Part shown: positions 19,104 to 26,289 of the stretch, piece after piece
Layout of the letters: the number at the start of each line of letters is the position of its first letter
How positions within the stretch are numbered: the first letter of the stretch is position 1
From: an uncultured Candidatus Saccharibacteria bacterium
GTDB lineage: Bacteria > Patescibacteriota > Saccharimonadia > CAILAD01 > BJGX01
Reading direction: 5' to 3'
DNA length: 64,000 bases
Assembly: GCA_964512085.1 (NCBI GenBank)
Contig: CAZEIU010000001.1
Location: 7,647-71,646 of the forward strand
Program-made: the position numbers and the translations under genes
Notes under the pieces: generated by a model
What the model was told of the DNA's origin: nothing
Databases searched by the model: none
Seen by the model: only the letters and a program-made list of their open reading frames with translations

Positions 19104-19295
19104 TTACAGGTAGCCAGCCGACACCTTGGGGTTCTCTGGGAGGGTATCGTGTGCTTCGGCACACGCATGTCCACTCTCGTGACCCCTCAAGAAGAACTCC
19201 ATGCAGATCTCGACCGGGCTCATGCCCTCAGCAGTCATCTCGAGGATCATCTGCTCGGCAAGGTCGAACATGAGTTCCATCTCGGGATCCTCCAT
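19104..19295 (-). CDS. small acidic Met/Glu-rich protein (MEDPEMELMF...)
   Basis: SD AAGGAG; GC3-rich codons; flanked by spacer hairpins. Confidence 0.6.
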   Translation of the reverse strand: MEDPEMELMFDLAEQMILEMTAEGMSPVEICMEFFLRGHESGHACAEAHDTLPENPKVSAGYL

Positions 19296-19329
19296 TGCAC
19301 TCTCCTTCTTCTCGTCGGAAAAATAAAGG

Positions 19330-19490
19330 TAGAAATAGAAAAAGAGCTAAGTTCACCTCAAGCAAGGGTGAGCCTAAACTATCGCGGTTGCGATAGACGA
19401 GTCGCTCCAAAGCTACTACTCTCGTTTTAAGTTGCTCAAGTAGTATCAGCTAGAAAACCCAGCTGTGCTTGAGTGAGCATGAGAAATGGT
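19330..19490 (-). ncRNA. candidate structured RNA module
   Basis: Stems CTCAAG/CTTGAG, CAGCTGG/CTAGCTG, CTATCGC/GCGATAG, TCACC/GGTGA; U-rich 3' end. Confidence 0.35.
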
Positions 19491-19503
19491 CGTAAGGAAC
19501 ATC

Positions 19504-19601
19504 TCGGGACTATCCCGACAGAAACTTTCGAACTAGTTAAATGTTCAAAAACTTTTGTTGAGACCCTCCGAGACCCCAACAAAGTTGGAGCCCCGAAGGG
19601 G
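19504..19601 (-). repeat. 98-nt twin-hairpin spacer, family I copy 2
   Basis: Homologous to 18495-18592. Confidence 0.8.
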
Positions 19602-19604
19602 TGA

Positions 19605-20225
19605 TGAGACAACACCTAGCTGTACTGAGCTTTCGCTAGATGGTTGAGCCGTCTGGTTAGGCTCAGGCATTATGTCTCCTTGCCCGGATCAGGATTTGCT
19701 GATGCATCTCAGCCTGATCAACTCTACCCTCTCTTGCGCATGCATCATTATGCACTTCGGAGCAGGATAGAGATTTTTGGGCAGCTGCGCTCAATCCGTC
19801 GGCAGACGAAGAGCGACGAGCCGCCACGAGCTTGACACTCCCTTTCGCGAACGCTTGCGGTTTCACCCGCTCACGCACCGGGGAAGGAATGTCGTCATTA
19901 AGCCACTAGGGTCCCCGGATCCAATTGTTTTACTACCCACCTCTCTCGAGGTCACCCGTTTGCGGGTGTCGGAGTATACCTCCGCAGGCTGGATCATTAC
20001 TTACCTCCCTACTGTCTGCGAGCGCTTCTGCAGAACTTCATCCTCACCCGGCGAACCGTTTTAGATGAAGCCTCCCCTGTAACGCCGGGAAGCAGATTGT
20101 CGTGGCAGCGATTTTAGCTGTAAGGCTCCCCACCTCCCATCGGCCCGATCGTGTCGAGTAGCGACGAAGAAGCTCTTACAGCAAGGTTGAGATGAGGCAG
20201 CGGTCCCGCCATGACCCTCAACCTA
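19605..20225 (-). ncRNA. candidate large (~620 nt) structured ncRNA of unknown class
   Basis: GC-rich in an AT-rich genome, dense helices, interleaved CCCGGCG/CGCCGGG and CTTCATC/GATGAAG pseudoknot; bounded by spacer hairpins. Confidence 0.55.
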
Positions 20226-20427
20226 ATTTTTTGAAAGCATTTGGCTTTCAGGCTCAATACAATGTTTGGTGTACTAAGCTTGAAAGCCAAATGCTATTTT
20301 GTAGGTACTACTATTTGCAATAACCATTTGCTACTGCCAAAGTCCGTAATGACATTACCAATCTGTCCACAATAATTTTTTAATATATGACACTGGCGCA
20401 TTACAGACTGTGGCAATATAGCAAAGT

Positions 20428-20497
20428 ACAGTTTTCGTTCTAAGTGGCAACATGGGTTGCCGAACTCATCAGTGCTGGCACTACCAGCAGAACTGCC
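20428..20497 (-). ncRNA. type III hammerhead ribozyme
   Basis: GCAGT-UC / stem I TGCTGG..CCAGCA / CTGATGA (20472-20466) / stem II GTTC..GAAC / GAAA (20436-20433) / ACTGT; UUC cleavage after 20490. Confidence 0.85.
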
Positions 20498-20499
20498 CC

Positions 20500-20745
20500 C
20501 TAGGGCAAAAACACTAGGGGTAGAGATCCTTCCAAGGGAAGGTTGAGCGTCATCTCTATGTGGCGCGCTGATTTTAGCTCGTGAGCTCGAGCAGTGGAAA
20601 TCTCTTGCGAGATTTTTTTAAACAGGGCGCCACTATACCCTCGAGGTACAACACAGCTTTGTTGTGGGAGCTACCCCAGACCTTGTCTCACCGATTCTTT
20701 TTCTCTCGGTTTGACTTCTGTTGCCAGGGAGGTCAATCCCCCTCA
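20500..20745 (-). ncRNA. structured 3'-UTR or ncRNA module upstream of the hammerhead
   Basis: GTGGCGC/GCGCCAC, AAATCTC-GCAA-GAGATTT, TAGAGAT/ATCTCTA, CCCCTAG/CTAGGGG helices. Confidence 0.4.
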
Positions 20746-20747
20746 AG

Positions 20748-20936
20748 TCACTGAGTGACTAGCTGTGGCGACCGGCGTGGGGGCACAGGCTCAACGTGGT
20801 TGTAGTCAACCTCGTCGTCTGCGAAGGACCCAAACGGGTACCCTCGCCCACAACTCGGGCAGATCCTCTGCCGAGTCGCGTCCCAGCCGGTGTACTTCAG
20901 CACCGTGTCATCTACGACACAGCGCTTCAGTTCCAC
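20748..20936 (-). CDS. small Zn-ribbon-like protein (MELKRCVVD...CPSCG)
   Basis: GTG start after a purine-rich run; CxxD...CxxC; GC3-rich codons. Confidence 0.6.
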   Translation of the reverse strand: MELKRCVVDDTVLKYTGWDATRQRICPSCGRGYPFGSFADDEVDYNHVEPVPPRRSPQLVTQ

Positions 20937-21028
20937 CTTCTTCTTTCTCTTGGTAGGCATACACAAATCACTGTTTAAATGCTCTATGTGTGCCTACCAA
21001 TTTATTACAGGTAAAAGGTACTTTGGGT

Positions 21029-21057
21029 AGTATAGCAAAGAATATTATTTTTGTCAA
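21029..21057 (-). promoter_or_regulatory. sigma70 promoter for the long RNA operon
   Basis: TTGACA-17-TATACT with extended TG; GTACCT at 21016-21021 just downstream. Confidence 0.85.
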
Positions 21058-21163
21058 TACTTATTTACACTTTTTTTAGAGTTTGCAACTTCTTTCCTGT
21101 AGCTAATACTATATTTTGTGTTAATAACAAATATTTTTGTAAGGTTTATTAGTTTTTTTGTAC

Positions 21164-21188
21164 GTAAAAACCCGACATTAATGTCGGG
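21164..21188 (-). terminator. intrinsic terminator
   Basis: CCCGACATTAATGTCGGG followed by TTTTTAC. Confidence 0.85.
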
Positions 21189-21396
21189 TGATATGGTGTT
21201 GCCAGTAGTAATGGCGATATAGAGCCTTAATTACTATGGCAGAGATCGGTAATACTTACACTCCAGCTGTGTCGGTCGCGAAAGTGTCGCGCCTGCTAGA
21301 GGGAGACTTTTCTGCCGCACTGCTGTGTCTGCGTGATGAGTGACTGTGTGGCGGGTGGGTGGCCGAGAGTCTCAATCTCGACGCAATTTGGTAGGA

Positions 21397-21411
21397 TCAA
21401 ATTCCTTCCAT
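21397..21411 (-). CDS. mini-ORF MEGI*
   Basis: ATG GAA GGA ATT TGA after GGAGAGGAAAAGGG. Confidence 0.4.
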   Translation of the reverse strand: MEGI

Positions 21412-21509
21412 CCCTTTTCCTCTCCAGTGTTCAGCTGTTACCACTTGGGCCGCCCCAGGACCTTCCTGGGGCTCCTCGCTGCCCTCTCTTGAGGGCGAAG
21501 AAAGGATCG

Positions 21510-21524
21510 TCAGATCCCGTCCAT
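21510..21524 (-). CDS. mini-ORF MDGI*
   Basis: ATG GAC GGG ATC TGA after AAAGGGGGGG. Confidence 0.4.
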   Translation of the reverse strand: MDGI

Positions 21525-21568
21525 GTATTACCCCCCCTTTAGAGAAGTGAGCGAGAACAGCTTTTACC

Positions 21569-21597
21569 AATATAACAGTTTAACTATTTTTTGTCAA
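21569..21597 (-). promoter_or_regulatory. sigma70 promoter overlapped by palindrome TTGTCAA-N6-TTGACAA
   Basis: TTGACA-17-TATATT with extended TG. Confidence 0.8.
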
Positions 21598-21621
21598 TAG
21601 TATTTGACAACAAAAAATATT

Positions 21622-22383
21622 TTACTTTTGATTCTTCCAGGCAAGTTCAAAAAGTTGTCGCAATACCCCCGCGATTTCCTTACTTTCAATAACAAGGCCT
21701 AATGCATCCTTGCCTCTATAAGTAGCAATTACAACAGCTCCTTTATAAAAGTTTAAGTCAGCCTTAATGGGTGTATCTATTTTTTTAGTTTCGCGTAAAA
21801 TTGATCTGTCGCTCTTAAGTTCGCCATTTAAATATGAATAAATTAGTTTACTAGCAATTTTCTTACGCATTCTATTTTTAGGGTTCTCAATCAATACATT
21901 TGGGTTAATTTTTAAAACTTCATCAACGTTAGTTAAAGAATATATTTCATCCCCTACCTTTGATTTACGCTTATAGTAGGAGCTAAGTACTTTAATTCCT
22001 TCTTCGCCTTTATAAAAACGCACAACTGGCGCATCGTCACCATCACTGGTAGCACGAGATACCTCTTTAAGACCTGGTAATAAGTTTTTGAGTTCATTTT
22101 TTTTGTTCATTACCTCAGTCGCCTGATTCTCTAAATATCTATCGATGGCTTCTGGTGGTTCGGCCACAAAAACGGTTTTTTTGCCTTGAGTGCTCTCGCT
22201 TACTAGCCCCATCTGAGCAAGTTCGTCGAGTATTACATAAGCTGTAGCTCGGTTTACATCGGCTTGCTCAGCGATTTTTTGTACGGCACTAGGGCCCAAA
22301 AATAATGCTGCCACGTAAACTTTGGCTTGCTTTTCGCTAAAGCCTACAGATTGGAGTTTGGCAGCTAGTTCAATTATTTGCAT
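21622..22383 (-). CDS. TrmB-family transcriptional regulator
   Basis: L..VGFSEKQAKVYVAAL.LG......IA....VNRATAY.IL..L...GLV; VRFYKGEEG; LFELAW. Leaderless ATG after TTGACA-17-TAGCAT. Confidence 0.9.
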   Translation of the reverse strand: MQIIELAAKLQSVGFSEKQAKVYVAALFLGPSAVQKIAEQADVNRATAYVILDELAQMGLVSESTQGKKTVFVAEPPEAIDRYLENQATEVMNKKNELKNLLPGLKEVSRATSDGDDAPVVRFYKGEEGIKVLSSYYKRKSKVGDEIYSLTNVDEVLKINPNVLIENPKNRMRKKIASKLIYSYLNGELKSDRSILRETKKIDTPIKADLNFYKGAVVIATYRGKDALGLVIESKEIAGVLRQLFELAWKNQK

Positions 22384-22492
22384 AAGGCTTATGCTATCAT
22401 AGTTTTGGGCTGTTGTCAATATTTGTCAACAAAAGTTAATAGTAATAATGCTCAAAATATCGGCATTTTGCTTATGATATAATAAAATTGTT

Positions 22493-23719
22493 ATGCCTAA
22501 TACTGAAACACAAGCTAGCGAATTAGATCATGAAGTTGAGCAGCCCACTATTGACTTAACTGACGGCGTAAAGCAGACTGCACCAATTGGCGAAAAAACT
22601 CCCCTAACTGAAATAATTAAGCCCGGAAACTTCTTAGATTTCTGGATGAGGCTTAGAGATGCTGCAGAGATAAAGTACCATGATAAGCCTAAATTACAAG
22701 CAACATTTATACGTTTTTGCGAAAGTAACCACGCAAAATTACAAAATCTTCAAAAAGCAGTTGAAGGTAAACACCCTAAATACCCCCCTAGCGCTGGAGT
22801 CGCAATAGAATGGTATCAGCAACTAGGCAGTCTTAATGAACTAGTAGGTGCAGCGCCTTCCCTACTAAAAGCAGCTAAAATGATTGAGGACGACAAGGGC
22901 GCTACACTTAATCAAAAATTAACTGCATGCCAAATATATTTGGAGGCTGCAGAGAAGATAGATGAAACAGCAGACAAGTCTGGCTTACCCGACCCAACAG
23001 ATCTTAGAAACGCGACTTTGCAAAAACTCGCCCAAATTGAATTAGAAACTATCGAGAATAATCCAAAAGAAGCTCGTCTAAAGGTTGACTGTAGAGCTAT
23101 TGCATTAGATATAGCTTTTCAAAACTTTTTCAAAACATGCCGCGAACGTCACGTGCCAGATAATTTTATTGCAACAGAAACCCAAAAACTGCTAAATGAG
23201 ATTAAAAATATCTTAGAAAGTGTAGAGCAAATTTTTGAAAGCACGACTGAAAAAACAAAACTTCTTGGCTGGAGATCAGAAATAGCCCTTGCTTGTTTGG
23301 GTAAAAAAGTATTTTTGGCAAAACAAAACTGGGACGAAATATATAGCGCTCGATTAAGTACTTTGAGAGAAGATGTTCCGCATGATGGCATAAGCAAAAA
23401 TGCCGAAGTAGCTGGGCAAAATACAGAGCGCATGTCTTTTGACCTGATAGTGGGTATGGTAGAACATGTTGGTGGCAAGGTAGGTATTAAAAAGTTTCCT
23501 ATGCAAGTAAAAACTAAGATAAGAGCACCATACGAAAGTTCGGTGGCAAAGATCGCTACTGCAGATGTTCTGGGCAATGAAGGAATTGACACTATTATAT
23601 TTGCATTAACTAATGGCGGCCCAGCAATGCTGAGTAAAGTAAACTCTAACCTAGTAAGCTATTTAGAAAAGCTTGGCGGAAGATACTATAAAATTGCTGA
23701 CGCACTGTATCTAAAATAA
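22493..23719 (+). CDS. hypothetical protein; C-terminus weakly PD-(D/E)xK-like
   Basis: 408-aa ORF; E...D...FDL...QVK motif near the C-terminus (weak). Confidence 0.7.
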   Translation: MPNTETQASELDHEVEQPTIDLTDGVKQTAPIGEKTPLTEIIKPGNFLDFWMRLRDAAEIKYHDKPKLQATFIRFCESNHAKLQNLQKAVEGKHPKYPPSAGVAIEWYQQLGSLNELVGAAPSLLKAAKMIEDDKGATLNQKLTACQIYLEAAEKIDETADKSGLPDPTDLRNATLQKLAQIELETIENNPKEARLKVDCRAIALDIAFQNFFKTCRERHVPDNFIATETQKLLNEIKNILESVEQIFESTTEKTKLLGWRSEIALACLGKKVFLAKQNWDEIYSARLSTLREDVPHDGISKNAEVAGQNTERMSFDLIVGMVEHVGGKVGIKKFPMQVKTKIRAPYESSVAKIATADVLGNEGIDTIIFALTNGGPAMLSKVNSNLVSYLEKLGGRYYKIADALYLK

Positions 23720-23757
23720 AATGCTCCCCTTACAGATAACTATAAGAAGAGCAAATA

Positions 23758-23943
23758 CTAGATAGAGTCAACAAACTCAGTAGGAGGTATTTCTGTTACA
23801 GTAATTTCTAAAATTTCACTAAGTGGGTCACTGCTTGTCTTGTCGGCTGCCTGCTCGGCTAGTTCCATCAAAAGTGGCCCAATATTTTTGATATGAGTTA
23901 CTGCATCAGTATTGATAGGTACAGACTTTCTCTCGGACACCAA
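23758..23943 (-). CDS. small hypothetical protein
   Basis: GTG start, SD GAAAGG, ACACCC leader, TTGCAA..TACAAT promoter upstream. Confidence 0.55.
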   Translation of the reverse strand: MVSERKSVPINTDAVTHIKNIGPLLMELAEQAADKTSSDPLSEILEITVTEIPPTEFVDSI

Positions 23944-24118
23944 AAAGCCTTTCTCTTTGCGTACAGCTCGGGTGTTTGGAGATTGTATAACATATTGTTA
24001 ATATTTGCAAGTTAAATGAGCTAGATAACTATTTACATAATCTGTAAAATTTGCTATGATAACTGCTGTTACTAATTTTTAGTATAACTCTTTCTAATAA
24101 AAGGAATAATAAAACTTA

Positions 24119-24484
24119 ATGCCTATAATTCAATCAGCTAAAAAAAGAATGAAACAAGCCGAAGCACGACGCAAATATAATGTTGCGGTAAAATCGGCTG
24201 TCAAAAAACACACCAAGGCTGTAAACGCCGAAATTGCTACAGGTGATGTTAAATCTAACCAAGCCCTAATTGCAGCTATTGCTCAAATAGACAAAGCCGT
24301 AAAAAAAGGTACCCTACACAAGCGTAACGCTGCCAGACGCAAATCTCGACTTACCCTTAGATACAACGCCGTAGCCAAACAACCTTTTGGCACCGAAAAA
24401 GCCGGAGCCAAAAAATCTCCTGCAAAGAAAGCTACTAAGCCAGCAGCCAAAAAGACTGCCAAGAAAACTACCAGCAAAAAGTAG
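24119..24484 (+). CDS. rpsT: 30S ribosomal protein S20 with Lys/Ala-rich C-terminal tail
   Basis: MPIIQSAKKR, IDKAVKKG.LHKRNAARRKSRL. Confidence 0.96.
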   Translation: MPIIQSAKKRMKQAEARRKYNVAVKSAVKKHTKAVNAEIATGDVKSNQALIAAIAQIDKAVKKGTLHKRNAARRKSRLTLRYNAVAKQPFGTEKAGAKKSPAKKATKPAAKKTAKKTTSKK

Positions 24485-25408
24485 TTAGATTCTACTAAGG
24501 TTTACTATTAAACCTTCAAGACTGTCTTGCGACTCTTGTTTACCAATCTTAATATTAAAATCGGCCTCAACAATCAACCCGTAGGCCTTTTTTAATTGCG
24601 CCATACTTAGTTTTTTAACAATGTTTTGAGCTTTGGTGGCAGCATAAGGAGATGTTTTGGTTGTCTTAACCCACGCATTGCTTTTGCCTTCATTGTCTTT
24701 GGCTAGTACCAATACACGGTATTGATAAGTGATGGCGCCAAGAATTTTTTGATCGGGTTCTGATCTGGTTTTGAGACTTTCATATATCTCAATTGCTCTT
24801 TTAGGGTTACGTCGAATAATATTGTCTATCATTACAAAAACACTATAGTCAATGTTGGGTACCACTAGATCTTCTATAGATTCTGCAGTAATAGTTGAGT
24901 TGTAGTTTATAAGCTTTTGCACTTCTGAGTTGAGTTGCCACTGATCGTTACCAACTGCATCTATGAGCAAGCTTATTGTTCTATTGTCTGTATTGCCACC
25001 GGCTTGTTCTATTACTTTCTTCAACCAGCCTACTAACTGAGCAGGCGTTCGCTGTCGAAACTCTTTAGCGGTCTTTAATGAAGACATCTTTTTAAAATAC
25101 GCACTACGCTTATCTACTTCTCTATCGATCAATACTATATTAGTGGTATCAGATACAGCCTGCAAAATCTCTTCGCATTTTTCTTTACTTAGCTTGTGAG
25201 AAGCAAGGTCTCGAACAATCAGTAGCCGGCTAGTAACAAACATTGGTACTACCGCAAGAGAGTTGAGCAGATCGCTTAGTTTGCGCTCGCTCATCTCAAA
25301 TGTGTCCATATCAAAATCTCCACCGGTCTTAGTTGTGTATTGAGATTTTATTTTTCTCACTGCTTCGGCAATTTCAAAGCTATTTTCACCATAAAAGTAA
25401 AATATCAT
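24485..25408 (-). CDS. holA: DNA polymerase III delta subunit
   Basis: MIFYFYGE.., PMF...RL..V, L.SEVQKL..Y, AD..IK.G; next to rpsT. Confidence 0.9.
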   Translation of the reverse strand: MIFYFYGENSFEIAEAVRKIKSQYTTKTGGDFDMDTFEMSERKLSDLLNSLAVVPMFVTSRLLIVRDLASHKLSKEKCEEILQAVSDTTNIVLIDREVDKRSAYFKKMSSLKTAKEFRQRTPAQLVGWLKKVIEQAGGNTDNRTISLLIDAVGNDQWQLNSEVQKLINYNSTITAESIEDLVVPNIDYSVFVMIDNIIRRNPKRAIEIYESLKTRSEPDQKILGAITYQYRVLVLAKDNEGKSNAWVKTTKTSPYAATKAQNIVKKLSMAQLKKAYGLIVEADFNIKIGKQESQDSLEGLIVNLSRI

Positions 25409-25469
25409 ACTACTAGTATTCATTATTAATAGACTGCAAGCAAGCGCTGTACTCAACGCCAACCCTTGG

Positions 25470-25772
25470 ATGTACCAGCCTGGCTGGACTCGCTGGGGCG
25501 GCAGTGCCGTACTTAAGCCTCCGGGCTCTAATGTGGCTCTTATTACTTATTACAGCGGCGGTAGTGCTGTGCAAGACTTTAATGTCGCCAATGATGCGCT
25601 GCAAGTTATGGCCGCTAGTTGCCTAAAAGACTTCGAGATCGAAAAAGAAGAGAATCCTAACTTCACTTGGATCGGTGGTCAACCGCCAAGCACTGAAAGA
25701 ATTCACCAATGGGATAGCGATAAAATAGTCGTCGATTTTGGTGCCCCTACCAGAATGCACGACGGAACTTAA
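25470..25772 (+). CDS. hypothetical protein, possibly 5'-truncated
   Basis: Coding-like; frame stays open to 25401 without a start or SD; terminator 25783-25808. Confidence 0.5.
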   Translation: MYQPGWTRWGGSAVLKPPGSNVALITYYSGGSAVQDFNVANDALQVMAASCLKDFEIEKEENPNFTWIGGQPPSTERIHQWDSDKIVVDFGAPTRMHDGT

Positions 25773-25844
25773 GATAATTACTACCTCAACGTAAAGTTGA
25801 GGTTTTTATATTTAAAAAGTCTCGATAGTTCGAGACTAGTAGTA

Positions 25845-26117
25845 TTAATGCTTTACATTAAATCTTAAAATATTGTCGCTATGATAGGCATTATCGTGCA
25901 ACCTTTGGTACTCGCAATAAACAGCCAGAGTGTCGTCTACACTAAGCTCTGAAATAATTTCTAAACGTCTAGCAGATCTATGGTAAGCTTTCATCCAGCC
26001 ACAATTAGGGCAAAACGTATCGACATTATTACCAAAACCTGTACATAAGTTACCGGCGTAATGCTCGCATGGCCCACTTGGATTGAGCTGTGGGGCACGG
26101 CCATTTGCTACACACAT
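25845..26117 (-). CDS. small Cys/His protein (GPC...CPNCGW....H)
   Basis: ATG 26117 right after the upstream TAA; SD AAGGG. Confidence 0.65.
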   Translation of the reverse strand: MCVANGRAPQLNPSGPCEHYAGNLCTGFGNNVDTFCPNCGWMKAYHRSARRLEIISELSVDDTLAVYCEYQRLHDNAYHSDNILRFNVKH

Positions 26118-26118
26118 A

Positions 26119-26289
26119 TTATCTACCCTTGCTCTTTTTGGTACTTTTGCGTACTTCGGCATGAGCTTTACGCATAGATTCGGAGTGATTCATTTCACTC
26201 CAACCACATGTAAGACAACGTTTGCCCTGACCTAAAAATACGGCGCAAGGACCATCTTTATCTAATTGTATTTTGCGAAATGGCCTCAT
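26119..26289 (-). CDS. 56-aa Cys/His protein (MRPFRKIQLDKDGPC...CLTCGWSEMNH...)
   Basis: Read manually, below the ORF-track cutoff; SD GGAGGTGG; GTACCT at 26307-26312. Confidence 0.7.
   Translation of the reverse strand: MRPFRKIQLDKDGPCAVFLGQGKRCLTCGWSEMNHSESMRKAHAEVRKSTKKSKGR

Larger units (their letters stand above)
21190..21562 (-). ncRNA. ~390-nt structured transcript carrying two tetrapeptide ORFs
   Basis: Bounded by its own promoter and terminator; AGCTGTT/AACAGCT, CTCGCT/AGCGAG, GCCCTC/GAGGGC, GCCCCAGGA/TCCTGGGGC helices; no long ORF on this strand. Confidence 0.6.

Noticed and set aside
19880-19920. Pistol or twister ribozyme-like fragments (TTAAGCCACTAG, GGTCCC)
   Set aside because: On the non-transcribed strand, and the required pseudoknot pairings could not be built.
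18576-20064. ORF-track calls 18576-18797(+), 18969-19430(+), 19644-19835(+), 19663-19878(-), 19777-20064(+)
   Set aside because: Antisense to tmRNA or the RNA modules, no RBS, composition typical of GC-rich shadow frames.
19605-20225. RNase P RNA (GGGUGAAA and CCGGGCAAGG fragments look similar)
   Set aside because: No GAGGAAAGUCC conserved region I and no matching P4 partner found.
20328-20425. 6S RNA
   Set aside because: Only about 100 nt, AT-rich apex and no large central bubble; treated as a spacer stem.
21440-21485. SRP RNA (CAGGAAGG)
   Set aside because: Lacks the CAGG-stem-GGAA-stem-AGCAG domain IV arrangement.
21507-21513. Second hammerhead core (CUGACGA)
   Set aside because: No GAAA after a stem II and no stem III/NUH; the motif lies in a hairpin loop.
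21397-21524. Genetic code 25 (UGA=Gly) or selenocysteine recoding as the explanation for the mini-ORFs
   Set aside because: ftsK and yajQ end at TGA at their expected C-termini and conserved genes have no internal TGA. No sel genes or convincing SECIS are visible. Local readthrough remains untested.
17900-21600. CRISPR array
   Set aside because: Repeats are two-copy, long, degenerate and irregularly spaced; no cas genes.
24400-24484. Lys/Ala-rich tail of S20 as a novelty
   Set aside because: Such basic extensions are common on ribosomal proteins of CPR and Actinobacteria.
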